A stretch of DNA of 64,000 nt, taken from the NCBI GenBank assembly GCA_965112155.1, contig OZ218100.1. The stretch is one strand, 5' to 3'. Position 1 is the stretch's first letter. Every line of letters begins with the position of its first letter. Positions 35,401 through 49,113 of this stretch are shown piece after piece. A model generated the notes under the pieces. It was not told where the DNA came from. It worked only from the letters and a program-made list of their open reading frames with translations, and made no database searches. This DNA comes from Podarcis liolepis (taxonomy: Eukaryota). The position numbers and the translations under genes are program-made.

Positions 35401-38400
35401 AGGAAAAAAGTGGATGTGCTGTGATCTGGAAAGATTCAAAACAATCTTTATTTTTGCTGACATGTGAATAGGATTAGCACCTGCCATTGACAACTGATTG
35501 ACATATAGAAAGCTTCCTTTTACTTCTCAAGCTTGTGTTTTCTTAAATTGCTATATTAGTGAACACGGTTAAATAATTAAACTTTTTTTTAAAAAAAAAG
35601 AAGCCTGAAAGATTCAAATCAGTATTCATTTAATTATCATTTATAGAAAAGTAACGTTATCTTTATTGACTGCTATCAGTAACTGGAATATGTCAGTCTT
35701 CAAGGCTGACTAATAACAAGGACATTTCCTTTCCAGATGCCATATTTATATTCTGGCTGAAATTCCTGACAAGTGGTTTGTGTTATTTTTTTTTAAAAAA
35801 AACTATTAGTCAATTGCATCCTTTTAAAATTTTCAACCATAAGCTATTTCCATTTACTGCATGTCGATATGTGATGTTAAAGTCTGCAACCAGGTTTTGA
35901 CAAAAAGAATTATTCATAGAGACTTAATAATTCAATACTAAAGGATAGATGTTTAGTGTTTTATCTTTTTGTTGGGTTTTTAAAAAAGAAAAATGCATTT
36001 TTTAAAAGTCCTTGAAAGTGTGATCTTCCACTCATTGAAACACTTTTGGTTTCTAAGCTGCATATAAAAGCAAATAGATTTCTGCCATGGGCATTTATAT
36101 AAAATGATAAGAGAATTCATATGCTTAACAAAAGCAAATGTTTTATATAGCCAAGAGTTCTGCTCAGTTCTCCAAATACTGTTAGGAGTAGATTCATATT
36201 TGCTTCCCTTGAAATAATGAAAGAAACCCAGTCATATATTTTAAAATTGAAACAAAGGCATATAACTCTAGGAAACACGGACAGCTGGCACGAATACGTG
36301 TAACTTTTTAATCCTACATTTGTTTGTTTGATAACCTGATATATTTGGCTGAATTTATATGTATCAGTAAACTACAGTTTATTGCGATAGGACTGGGCCT
36401 AGCCATCCCATGGAATTGCAGTTTCCCTTCTGGTATGGTTACAAGGAAACTATTGGAAGCTTTTACTTCTTTTCTAGATTATCTGCCATTTGGTGTGTCA
36501 TTCAAACCCTAAACTGTGCTTAGTCTTAACTATGGTCCATTGAAACAAGCCAGCTTCATAAGCCATGCAAGAACTCCTTCTTGCAGCCATGTCCCAGCAG
36601 AACACAGGTGTATGGGGGAGAGGCTAGGCTTCTTTTCATAACAGCAAATCATGTACACAACTACAATGTTGTCTCTGCCTTCATTTAAAAGTGTAAAAGG
36701 ATGTGACATATGTCACATATATCTGTGATTTTGTCCAGGTTCTCTTTCTGAACTTCTTTGCTAGAGTGCAGGTGAAATGGTACTGTCTAGAAGCTAAGAG
36801 AATCAGGAAGGTACCTATTAGAATGTGTTTATAGAACCTGAAGGCTTGCACCTGAAATAATGTTTATTCTCTGAGGAGCTGCATAGTGAAACAAACAAAA
36901 TTACTTTTCCTTCCTTCAGGGAGACAAAGTGTCTTTGTGACCTAGCACCTATTTCTGATCAATTTGCATGCCTTAGCAACCAGTGCATGTCACCGTGGCA
37001 CCTATTAACAGGCCTGAAAGCAAACAGTTAAGAACCACAGTGAGCAAAGTGAGTTTTGTCTGGGAACAAAACTGAGAACTTCAGAAATCAGGGGCAGAGA
37101 TGCAGACCCCAGGAAACATAAAAGAAGTAGACAGTGGAGTGGTTGTTTTTTACCTACTTGAGCTTTCCTCTTCCCTGATTCTCTTATACCTGTCCTTGCA
37201 TGCTAATATAAAGCTGCAGTTATCTAAAGGGCACCTGAAATGAAACACAAAATGGTGCCCCTGCACCCTGCCAGAATAAATATTGATATTGGGAACAAGG
37301 TTGGTAGAAGACTAGTAGTATGTCCTTTTCACCAAGAGGTTGTTGTAGAGGTGGGATGGGGGGACAGATCCAGCCAAGGAGTGTGTTGCATCTGTCACTG
37401 TCACTGTGGCAGCCGTAGTGAGCGATGTATTCCTTGGATGCTGGATCTGCTGCCCCTGTTCATCCTGCCACCTGAGGCAGTCACCTCACCATGCCTCATT
37501 GGTGGGCCAGCCCCTCGGCATTAGGCTTGAGGTGGTTGGATCAATGTGAATGTGTCTTTAAGAATATTACTTCCTGAATCTTTCTGGGTTTGTCTCTTCT
37601 TGCTTGACTCTTACATTGCAGCCCTATATAAGTCTAGTTAGATTTAAGTCCAAATAAGTGTGTACAGTATTGCAGCCTTAGTCGGCCATGTTCTGGGATT
37701 GGTGGTGGTGGACTAGCATGAAGGTGGCTGGTCTTTTGCAACTGATGCATCTGTGCTTGTAAACTTACCGGAGGCATCTGCTTGGCCACAGCTAGAAAGA
37801 AAATGAATCTCTTTCTGATACAGCATGACAATTATTAGTTTCAGAAGAGGAGGGTGAAATCATGCTCTAAGTATGCGTTCAACAGGTTTTCTTGACCCAT
37901 ATATATATTTCCGTATTCCTTGCTCTTGACATGGTTGATTACTCTTGCACTCTACTGATTAAAAGAGCTTTAATGAACAGCTTTATGTAAACAATGTTTT
38001 GTTTCTTACTAGAGCATATACACTCCTAAAATTTATTTTGATATGGCTGATCTCTCCTTAATGTCATCTTGCTTTTGCCCTTGCATTGGGCAAGAAAAGG
38101 AGGGGTGGATATGTGTTGTTATAAAACCAATTTAAAAATAGATCCTGGTCATTAGCAATGTGTTAATTGAATAAGCCACAGTGTTCCATTTTAAACTTAA
38201 CTTGAAGCGTGCTAATGATGCTGTTTCATTATTGTGATAACCACTGTATTTAAAGTCACCTCATGAAAAGAAAGAAAGCTGGAGAAGAAAATTAACCAGC
38301 AAGCTCCATTTTAACAGCACTCAGCCCATTTGTATCCTGTTCTGTATATGTCACTGCTTCTGTGTCATGTAATACCATTGCAGTTGTATATATTTTCTGC

Positions 38401-39456
38401 AGCACAGGACCCAGCACTACTATAACATTAATGCTAAGTGATTGCTAGGGCTAGTGGAATTTTATTCCACATAGTTGGGGGTGTGCTGTGTTTGACATTT
38501 GAAAGGCACCATTAAGCACAGCACAAATACTTTTGTACACTCTAGTCCCAACTGTATAGATATGCAAGAATCACCTTATCTCTGTGCCCTGATCTCTCCA
38601 TTCCCTGGGTGTGTGTTCTCAGTTCAAAACCAAGAGCAATAACCTCAAAAGGTGCTAAAGACAATTGTTGAAAACAATGTTTGTTAAATTGTTTTGTTTT
38701 GTTTTTTAGCTGCCTCTGACGAAGGAAATTATATATTCAAAACTGTTAGGCATGATAAGAAGTTGGAGCATTCATGGAACTAAATTAAACAATGTTCCAC
38801 AGACTTTTAACACATTGAGATTATTCACATTATTCCATTTACTGTTGTTGTTTGTTAAATAGTGCCCATGGGATCTCAGTATAAACACATCTATAGAATA
38901 AAAGTCTGCTAAAAAGACAGAAAGAAACTCTTCTAGAACACCAATATTCTATTCTATGAAGGCTCACTGTTGCAATACTATGATAGAAGTAGACTTGGCA
39001 CACTCATGTTTTGTTTCTATAGAATTAACTTTATGTTTCTCTTGCTGTCAGAGACATTATATAAAAATCACTTATGAATATTCTTAAAAAGACGACTGGG
39101 AAAAGCCATTCCATTACCTGGGGAAATAAATATTTAAAACAAACATGCAAAAGCCACACTCAGATTTTCAATTCAGGAACAATGAATGTCCTGGGTGGAG
39201 TGGGGGAGTGAAATCATGCTAGCAGGCTCCACCTGACCCACCCTGTCCATTTTTTGGGATTTTTTTGAATGCCTGAAGACAACCCATGTTTATATACACA
39301 TGCAGGCCTTCTTCAGACATGCAAATTAATGCGTGTAATTTTGTGGGTGCATCCTGCCACCGCAATCCCCACCCCTTCATACATTTGTTGTACCTGAATT
39401 CAAGGTACAACAGCATTTTTTCTTACTGAGAAAGACTTGCTCTCTCTTGGGCCCCT

Positions 39457-39457
<1 letters not shown>

Positions 39458-39488
<31 letters not shown>
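39458..39488. repeat. (CT)n microsatellite
   Basis: Direct read. Confidence 0.9.
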
Positions 39489-39495
<7 letters not shown>

Positions 39496-39593
39496 CTAAA
39501 AAATTTATATTGTTCTGCTCAGTTAACCAATCTGAAGACAGGGGAGGTAGAATCTTATACTGTGAAGTAGTGGCAGCAGTTGATTTAGAATTG

Positions 39594-39910
39594 CTGTGGG
39601 TGGTGCTGTGTGTTAAACCACAGAGCCTAGGGCTTGCCAATCAGAAGGTCGTGGTTCGAATCCCCGTGACAGGGTGAGCTCCCATTGCTCAGTCCCTGCT
39701 CCTGCCAACCTAGCAGTTCGAAAGCACATCGAAGTGCAAGTAGATAAATAGGTACCACTCCAGCGGGAAGGTTCACCAGAAGCGGCTTAGTCATGCTGGC
39801 CACATGACCCGGAAGCTGTATGCCGGCTCCCTCAGCTAGTAAAGAGTTGTCCCAGAGTCGTCCGCAACTGGACCTAATGGTCAGGGGTCCCTTTACCTTT
39901 ACCTTTACCT
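39594..39910 (+). mobile_element. Sauria SINE with internal deletions
   Basis: tRNA-like head with B box GGTTCGAATCC; (ACCTTT)n tail. Confidence 0.88.
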
Positions 39911-40140
39911 CTAGTTACAAACTTAATTCGTTCTGGAGGGCCATTCTTAACCTGAAACTGTTCTTAACTAGAGGCATGCTTTCGCTAATGGGGCCTCTTG
40001 CTGCCCCTGCACCGCTAGCCCATGATTTCTGTTTTCATCCTGGGGCAAAGTTCTCAACTCGAGGTAACTCTTCCAGGTTAGCAGAGCTTGTAACCTGAAG
40101 TGTTTGTAACTTGAGGTGATTGTAACTCGAGGTACCACTG
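39907..40140. mobile_element. Tc1/mariner MITE lacking the outer part of its left TIR
   Basis: Right TIR TAACTCGAGGTACCACTG followed by TA; the body resembles the reverse complement of 12605-12845. Confidence 0.75.
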
Positions 40141-41389
40141 TAAATTGGGATTGTAGCCTTTATCTGCTTCTTACTGTAATTTTAAAGGATGCATTGTTTA
40201 CTATTGTTCTTTTCACACGGATAATTGATTTCAGGCAATGGGTTTTCTTTGTGTATGACTTATCCATCAGATTCCATACAACCCTTTACAATCTTAATTG
40301 CCTCTCTCAAAGGTTCCACACAGGAATTCTACAGAATCCTACAGATGTAAGGTCAGAGGGAGTTCATAGCAGAAAACATCATGCTATCTTCCAAAGATAC
40401 AGTGAAACATAGGTGCTACATTTATCTTCATTATAGTGTATTGCTAGGTGGTGATGGGTTTGTTATGAAACAAGATGACTACAAACACTGTTCTGGTACT
40501 AAGGTTTGAGAGCTTGATTGCACTGCAGTCAATCACTACAACTGTTCACACTACTGCTAGCGTGCAAGGATTTTACCGCCTGACTTTCTGACCATTCTGT
40601 TTGCTTCCAAATAGTATGCATTGCTAGACTCCACATGGTGACAGAATAGCCCTGCTTCTGTCTCCTGGCTTTAGCATGTTCTTTTCTTTCCAAGTCCTGA
40701 CTGCAGTTTTTTTGTTTTTGTTTTTGTTTTTGTTTTTGTTTTTTTTTTTTTGCTTATGATTCATATTCATAGATTCAGTGTTGGCTTTTTATTGTTGTTG
40801 TAAATATCAAGGAGAATTATTGTGCAATTAGGAAAAGCTTATAGATGAATTACACAAATATTCAGTTGCACAAAAGAACCCAAGCAAATCAGTGGAACAT
40901 ATGGAATATAGTTTTGCTGGACACCTGCTCATCTTTTATGCCAGGAAAATAATGCATTTTACTAAGGACAGCGCCAGTCCTAGGTAAAATACGGCCCTTA
41001 AATTTGTTAAGGAATGAGTTAATTCTCCATTAATTGGCACAAAATATTCCTCCCCTCCCAATACATCTGCAGAGTACTCATGACTGTCTTATCTCTCTTT
41101 GCTGTCAGGAGTGCCAACTTGAATAAATTGGGGGGGGCAGGTAACCACACCCCACATAACAGATCACAAGATGTGTCTCACACACACACTATTTGAATGG
41201 CAATCCCAATCAACTTGGGGGGTGGGGGCTGCCTGCCTGAAATATTTTATTGAGGTGGCCAAAGGGACCTCAGCCCCTAGGAATTTGATCCGGTGGTTGC
41301 TGTGCAGAGACATAGTGCAGCCTATATCAGAAGCTCCAATTGCAGCTTTCTGTTGTGGGGAATGGTGGAGAAGGAATGTTGGAGACATA

Positions 41390-41731
41390 CAGTGGTGCCT
41401 CGCAAGACGAAAAGAATCCGTTCTGTGATTCTCTTCGTCTAGCGGTTTTTTCGTCTTGCGAAGCAAGCCCATTAACGGATTAGCGGATTAGCACTATTAG
41501 CGCTAATAGCGGCTTTTAGCGGCTTATCGGCTTATTGGATCAGCTGATAAGCGGCTTAGCGGCTTAGAAAGGGGGGGAGGGGGGGAAAACCCGCAGGAAC
41601 TCGCAAGACATTTTCGTCTTGCAAAGCAAGCCCATAGGAGATTCGTTTTGCGAAGCACCTCCAAAACGGAAAACTCTTTCATCTAGCGAGTTTTCCGTCT
41701 TGCGAGGCATTCGTCTTGCGGGGCACCACTG
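41390..41731. mobile_element. Tc1/mariner MITE
   Basis: TIRs CAGTGGTGCCTCGCAAGACGAA / TTCGTCTTGCGGGGCACCACTG; TA TSD; internal GCGG(A/C)TTA repeats. Confidence 0.88.
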
Positions 41732-42433
41732 TATCAGGAAAGACTTGTGTAGATGAAACAGAAGACTGAAGTTGCAAGACTTGGGACTTGCTGAGAACTT
41801 TAAGCATAATATCTGAAAGCTGAAAACCAAAAATAAAGAAAAAGGTCCGATACATTGCTATAAGTTGTGTTGGTGATTCAGGGGTAATCATGCTGGATTT
41901 GAGCTTGTTGGTGTCACTGGTGTCTTCTCTCTCCTGCGTCATGGATGTTGGTTTGTATTAAGGGTGCATGTTCTATGTTATTTTGTTGATAGTGTTGCTG
42001 TGGGTTTGTCGTGACCTTTGGCTAGAACAATAAATTTTTGAACTTGAAAGCTGAAAATCCACTCTAGGATCAGAGAGAGAAGCTTTCTTGAAGTAACTGT
42101 GTATAAGTGTGCATATAGTGTGCGCTTTGAGTTTAGCAAGTAAAACAACTTGTGCTACATTTTGTCTGTTGTGAGAGGTTTAATCGCTTTGTTGAACTTC
42201 TGACTGCACACAGTCACCCATCAGGTTACTGGCCAAAAACGTTCAATAATTCTGTCCCTATTTTTGCCTTTGATGCATTTTTAAAAAATGTTTCTTTATT
42301 CATCTGTTGATGTACACAAAAATGCACCAGAGTTCCTCAAGTTTCTGAGCCCTTTCCCTAGATCCTTTCAAATTAACTGAATTGAACAGTCTACTAAATT
42401 TTCTTAAATTTAGCACCCACCAACACCCTGAAC

Positions 42434-42789
42434 GCGGGTGGCGCTGTGGGTAAAACCTCAGCGCCTAGGACTTGCTGATCGCATGGTCAGCGGTTCGAAT
42501 CCCCGCGGCGGGGTGCACTCATGTCGTTCGGTCCCAGCGCCTGCCAACCTAGCAGTTCGAAAGCACCCCCGGGTGCAAGTAGATAAATAGGGACCGCTTA
42601 CCAGCGGGAAGGTAAACGGCGTTTCCGTGTGCTGCGCTGGCTCGCCAGATGCAGCTTGTCATGCTGGCCACGTGACCCAGAAGTGTCTGCGGACAGCGCT
42701 GGCTCCCGGCCTCTAGAGTGAGATGAGCGCACAACCCTAGAGTCTGGCAAGACTGGCCCGTATGGGCAGGGGTACCTTTACCTTTACCT
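42434..42789 (+). mobile_element. Sauria SINE (second subfamily), full length
   Basis: A/B boxes, (ACCTTT)n tail, TSD AACACCCTGAAC at 42422-42433 and 42790-42801. Confidence 0.92.
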
Positions 42790-42801
42790 AACACCCTGAA
42801 C

Positions 42802-43180
42802 AACCTCTCCTGATTCAGATGGAACAGAGAGATATTGATGACACTTCACTGCACTCCAGTCTCCAGATGACAGCTCCCAGAGGCTTCATATAGTTGTTAA
42901 ATAGCATGGGGGACAAAATGGAACCCTGTGGGACACCCCAGGGCAATTCCCATGATGCTAGGAACATAGCTTCCAATGGCTAGTTTCTGGAAACAGACCT
43001 GGAGGTAGGAGCAAAACCACTGAAGTGCAGTGCCCACCATCGGAGATGCTTCAGAAGGATATTTTGATCAACAGTATTAAAAGCCACCAATATACAAATG
43101 AGAATGAGCGGGGTAACATTTATCTCACTGAATCCAATAGCAATTGCATCCAAGTGAAAGCAGTGTTGCATGCCACTCCA
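42802..43180 (-). pseudogene. L2-type RT relic
   Basis: Minus-strand AFNTVDQNILL and GVPQGSILSPMLFNNYMKPLG. Confidence 0.75.
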
Positions 43181-44616
43181 ATCTCTGAATGGTGCGAGAT
43201 TCCAGGAGTTCCAAGCACTTTCAGTTTCCTCGGAATGTGGGACAATGGAGACTGTGGTGTTTTTAGGATATATGGCTTATTTACGCATGTATACAACCTG
43301 AGCTACAATGCATGGGCTCACAGCATTAACTCCCCAAGAGGGTCTTGAGTTCCCCATAGCCACAGCCTTGGATTCAAGCAGAAATTAGGTATGTCTCTCC
43401 CTCTTAGCTGCCCAGCCTTTAGCCTCCTGTTCCTAGCTTCTAGCTCTCACACAACTCAACTCTGGCCTTTGTCTTTCTGACTAATGGAGAGTTGAAGGAA
43501 GGAGGTGCACCCATTGTCCTCTGGCACAGAACCACTTCCTTTGTTACCTTAACAACCCATACTTAGCAGAGCCATTACCAAGAAACTTGTCTAGCTATTC
43601 CAGCAATGGAATCTCTGTTGGATACAGGAATTGGAATAGACTGAGTCATATAGTCTACCGTGTCCCCCTATCCCCACTGCTCAACTCACAATATTTACGG
43701 ATCATGCTGTAGATTCCATTTTGCCATACCATACGTAAAATACTTTTAAAATACTTTACCGCATTTTATCATACTTGTTTTGTTTTATTGACCTTACAAT
43801 GTGTTAAGCATGATGATTATTTCATTACATTCAGTTTCACTGCTCAGCTCACAAGGCTTTTAGTTCTTGATTGTCACAAACTCGCAATGTGCGGATGATT
43901 CAAGAGATACTGAACTCCAGGAAACCTCAGTGCACCTTGATATTGCCTCAGAGCACCATTGCAAGTTTCATTGATGCAATTCACTGTGACAGTCAGCTCC
44001 TGTGTGTCATGTCAATGCCTGGTATGATGATATTATAAAGGAGCCTTGATGCTGGATATAATGTCACTATCAACATTGCCACCACCCAGTCCTTACCACA
44101 GCCCAATCTTTAGTTTGTGAGCCCTCCTTGTGTATTGGGGGGGGGGAGCTTTTATTTTCCTGTGAATTTAAGATGAGAGCTTTTTTGCTCCTTAAACCAC
44201 AATCTTTACAAACAAGGGAAGATGAAATGTCTACTTTCTTAGTACATTTAACAACCAAGACTAGAAACTTGTGCAGTTTTCTATGGGGCAAAAGAAAAGC
44301 TTTTGGAAATAAGACTTTTCTGTCCATTCCTTCAGCCAACACTATCCCTGCATAGGTGGAGGACCATTATGAACAGCATTAAATGGAACTCAAGTCGGTT
44401 TCAAAAGGAGAGAGGAAATTGGGCAAAGGGCCAAAGGAGCAGAATGGGATGGGAAAGACCCCTTCCACAAGTTTCCTTTTACTCATGGTTCTGAAGATCC
44501 AGGCCCATGAGGCTGAAAGCACTTTATTACATAGAGGAAACATGGGTGCTCTTATACAAACTGCTGATGTCTGGAGTACATGAGACTACATGTGCATAAT
44601 AGAATTTTCTCAAGGG

Positions 44617-44641
44617 TCTCTCCCTCCCTCCCTCCCTCCCT

Positions 44642-44697
<56 letters not shown>
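44617..44697. repeat. Compound (CCCT)n(CT)n(CA)n microsatellite
   Basis: Direct read. Confidence 0.9.
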
Positions 44698-44698
<1 letters not shown>

Positions 44699-46792
44699 TG
44701 AACACAGAAAACCAGCATGTGAAGGGATATACTCAGTTCCCAACATCTGTATGCAATAATTCCCATCCTCATATGAATAAATATTCTGGTCCAGTTATTA
44801 GAGCATGTTTGGATGTTCATACGACTACCCTTCGACATCACGGAGGAATTCCTATCCTGGTACCCTTTGAGCAATATTTGCCTGAGTTATTTTGAGGTGA
44901 CTATCCACATAGCAGCTGATGTTTGTATATGTGAAGGTTTTCAGATCAGTGCTGCAGCTCCCATGTAAATAGTGTAATATGTATGTGTGATCCAAATATA
45001 TACACACATCCATTAAGTTCAGCTTTGCACCAGTACCATAACATTAACCAAAATTGTACTTGCACAAGAAGCTTTTATGACATTTGCATTTATGTTGTAT
45101 AAAAAAATGAAACCAAACAGGCTGTTTGAATTGCCAATTATGTGTTTGTTGCTGCAAATGCTTATATATAATGCTAATGATATTTAAATTGCAAAATATA
45201 TTCAAAGAAAATTCTCCCCTTGGGATATTTGAATGGAAAATTAAGCTTCATTTCTTTGGCTCAAATTTCAAAATAAACTTTGTGATTTGTGAAATCCCCT
45301 CCCCCATTGAGACCTATCATTATGATGGTGATGTAAATGTTAATCTTTTATTAAAAATATTTTATTAATACAGTGGTGTGTACTCTGGGGTATTGCATGC
45401 CTAACTGCTTATTTTTCCTGAAGGTTGTGCATATATCAGTTCCCTTCAGCATCTTTCTGTGTTTGGTGTGAGACATTTGAAATGCTTCTGTGCTACAGTG
45501 TCATCAATATTGCTGAGAGAGAAATTGATTAAAACAAAACATGACTTGATAAAATTAGTTTTATAAAAGAGAGGGCATATGATGCACAGCTAGCAAGCAG
45601 CCCTGGAAATATTTTAATCTTAATAAAGATACAAGTTTCAGAATAAACTTATTACTAGCAACTGATGAATGCAAATAAGTATAACAACAAGCAGGCCTGT
45701 AGTCTATGGACTGATTTATGGAACCTGCTGTACCTCAGACCTGTGTATAATCCTAAGCATTCACTGACTTAAGGATGAAGCTTGCAGGGCATGTTTATCT
45801 ACAGGTCAGACATCCAAGAATAAAATGCACATCAGTTGTGATAGTTGCATGAATGAAAGAGGCAGGACCATAAAATGGTATCATCATGCCCCATCAGCCA
45901 CCCCCATCAATGGAAAATGCCACCTGTATGAGCCAATACCATGCTCACTCACAGAGAGAAGTTGTTAGTGCCTCTCCTCTATTCAGAACTGATGGGAGGC
46001 TAGGTGCATAATCTTGGTATTCAGTGAAATGTAGGTATATTTAAGGAAGCATTTTCAGTGTAGCAGGAACTGTGTAGGAAAAGCAAACAGTTTTTCCTGC
46101 ATTGTGGGTTTTTGAGGGGATATTTACCACAACCTTTCACAAGCATTATAGTGAGTACTGGTAGACACTAAATTTGCAGTCTGTGCTTTAAAGTTCTTCA
46201 GAGGACTTTGCCACCACTCTGGGAAGTCGTTTGCCACAAAAGTCACAGAAACTTAAAATTTCCCACATTGGCTGCATCTTTTTTTCCAATGAAGTTCTAC
46301 TTCACTGAACGGCAATCTTTAGTGCAAAAACTCAAAGCTCACAAATATGAAGTTCAGCCCTAATTTCAGATAATCTGGCAGGTTCCCTGGATTGTCTCCT
46401 GCAGGAACAAATAGGGAGCTCTGCCTATCTAATTATAGTAATGTTTTTCTATAATGACCTGGACCTGAGTAATCCAAAGCCTAAATATTCGTAGCTCATT
46501 AAAAGCAAATATTGTCTTTTGAGATAATAATAAAAAAAAAATAGCACAGAAAATGTCTGCTATTAGGATTTAACAGAGGCAATTTTCACTTGAATTCATC
46601 TGGGTTAATGTGCAATATTTCAAACAACCTCCATCAAATAAATGGATGGAATCATCTTGACAGGTACAACAGTGACCCTGTTATAACAATATCGGAGTAC
46701 TCCTGTAATTTGTCCTCTGTGACTTGAGTATGTGGTACTTCCGTGATAATAGCTGACACTGACAGACTTGGAAGGCTCAAAAGCTTCATGTC

Positions 46793-46793
<1 letters not shown>

Positions 46794-46847
<54 letters not shown>

Positions 46848-46863
46848 TTTTCCTTTTCCTTTT
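46794..46863. repeat. (TTTC)n microsatellite / pyrimidine tract
   Basis: Direct read. Confidence 0.9.
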
Positions 46864-47407
46864 CAAATTCCAACTTACTTAGATTGAGTGAACTAAGCGG
46901 TGTCTCTTTTTAATGTTTTCTGGCAGAGTTCTTAGCATGAGATAACAGAAACAAGGGGAAGTTAACTTGTGTGAAGATAGAATTCATGCATCCACTCCAT
47001 AGGAAGATGCATGCGCTCCTAGTGCTATGCAAGCTCACACATCAATAATTCAAAAAAAGCAATATGTGGTTGTTTCCGTTGCATGCGCCTAGACCGAAAG
47101 CGGGCTGCGTTACAGTAGGGAATAGCAATTAGGAGGTTGTGTGCACGGAAAAGGTGAGATTTGAGAAGCGATTTGAAGGAGAAGAGACAGAGGGAGAGAT
47201 GCCATCATGCCGGTTATATAGGATACCTACGAAGTGCCCTGGAAACCTTGGAACACTTTTGCTAGCGAATCTAATGGAACAGGAAGGTGCCATGCCACTT
47301 ATAGAGTGCGGCACAGGAGTAGCTAATGACAGGACAAGTGAAAAAGGATATTTACCTTCCATGTTTCCTCTCCTCTTTCACCAGCACTAACGGTGTGAAT
47401 GGTGTGG

Positions 47408-47576
47408 CAGTGGCGTAGCGTGGGGGGTGCAGGGGGGGCCGGCCGCACCGGGCGCAACATCTGGGGGGTAGGGTTAGGGGGCGCAAATCCACGGGTTAAG
47501 GGGCACAAATCCACGGGTTAGGGGGCGCAAATTACTTGCCTTGCCCCGGGTGCTGACAACCCACGCTACGCCACTG
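47408..47576. mobile_element. GC-rich MITE, probably hAT
   Basis: TIRs CAGTGGCGTAGCGTGGG / CCCACGCTACGCCACTG; 8-bp flanks TGGTGTGG/TGGTGTAG; internal GGGTTAGGGGGCGCAAATCCAC repeats. Confidence 0.8.
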
Positions 47577-48418
47577 TGGTGTAGGAGGATATCAGAGCTG
47601 CACTTCTTCCAAAGATATTTAGGGATTGGGATGATTCCCCCTCCCCAGGGGGTGGGAAAGGTAGCAAAGATGGAAAATGCAGGTGTTGGGAGAATGTGGA
47701 GGTTTCCCCCCACCTCCCATGTCTTTCCTCTTCTGGTTCACTCAGAGGAAAAACACAGGCAAGCAGGAAATGGCAAGCCAGGACAGCAGCAGCTGTGGAG
47801 TGTTACAGAGATAATCACAACAGCTGTATAAAAGGCAGGATGCTAGCAGGTCAGAAGGAGGCCCCAGAGAATTTACAAGAGATACTACACAGGTGCAGAA
47901 AGGTGCAAAAGGAAAGATAGAGGCTACAAGGGAAACCAGAGAGGGAAGAAAGAGTGAGAAATCCGGAGTTTGCCATTCTTCTCGCAGTGAGTCAGGTTTT
48001 GTTCTTTGTGGGTGAAGACTTTTGTGTTCTTAAATTTGTCAGCTCTTCTGAAGCAAAGCATAGTAGGGTGAATTTCATTCTAAGACTTGCCTCTATTTAA
48101 AATAGTAATAAATAATTTACTACCAGATTTATTTTTAAACCAGAAAATGTTTTAAATTTATAATTCCACATTTATAATGTTGACCACAGCATTGTGATGA
48201 TTCCTCGTCTGTACTTAGTATTTTCCACCATTTGTGGAGAAACATTAAAACAAAGTTAAATGGTGAAAAAATAAAAATAAAAGTCCCCCAGTGACTAAAT
48301 TGCTGCTGTTCTGTTTCTGCAAGCAAATAAACACACCATGAGCAGTGATGGGTGAATTTCATCTGTAGCTTTTCAAGCTGATAGACACACAATGTCTCAC
48401 TTGTTTCAGTAGTGAAAT

Positions 48419-49113
48419 GGGATCCTCCTTACTGAGGGTCCTGGTTGCGTGAGGGCCCCTAGGACACCCCCGCAGGGTTAATTTGGTTAGGGGTGTAGCC
48501 TAAGCCTTTGCTTCGGTCCCGGGATCAAGCCAGGCTGTTTGGGCAATCGCATGAGGTGGCGTGATTCCCAGGGGTCTATAAATGCGGCAGCGCGACGTAA
48601 TTTGAAGCACTTGCTTCGCACTGCCGAACACCCTCCCTCCCTAATGTTAGGCAGTGCTGCTTTGGCCTTGCTTTGGATTGGGTCACCTGTTTTGGAACAG
48701 GGGCTGGGTAGGATTTTTTTCTATTCGGCAGATTGGCTATAGCCACTTGGTTTTCGCCTACCCCCTCAGCAATCGTCACACCTTGTAAGGTTTGGTGGTT
48801 AGGCATTGGCTTATTGAAATGCCCCTCCAGAAATAGGGTATTCCGGTAAAGGAATCTGGGGGTCCTGGATCTTGTCCGAAGCCCGCTTGAGGGACTAGGG
48901 CCATGCCAGGATCACAGGAACCCCAGCGTGAGCTTTGATTGATTCAGAGTACCAGCCAGAGAGGTAGGGAGGTGATTATAGTCTGTTGCCAATGCCTAAG
49001 CCAATAATGCTCACTTTGCTGTAATCAATAAAGTTGTGGCCTAAAATTTGCCCAATAACTTAAACTAAAATATGTGGCCTTGTGAAGTTATTTATGGGGG
49101 CCTCAGAGCACAA
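48419..49113 (+). mobile_element. DIRS/Ngaro-like non-autonomous derivative (copy A)
   Basis: Shares its 5' block, the TGCCCCTCCAGAAATAGGGTATTCCG block and the 3' AATAAAGTTGTGGCC block with 59823-60675. Confidence 0.6.

Noticed and set aside
41470-41566. CRISPR-like or telomeric short repeat array (also GGGTTAGGG at 47470-47525)
   Set aside because: Degenerate internal repeats of MITEs in eukaryotic DNA, with no spacer structure and no (TTAGGG)n array.
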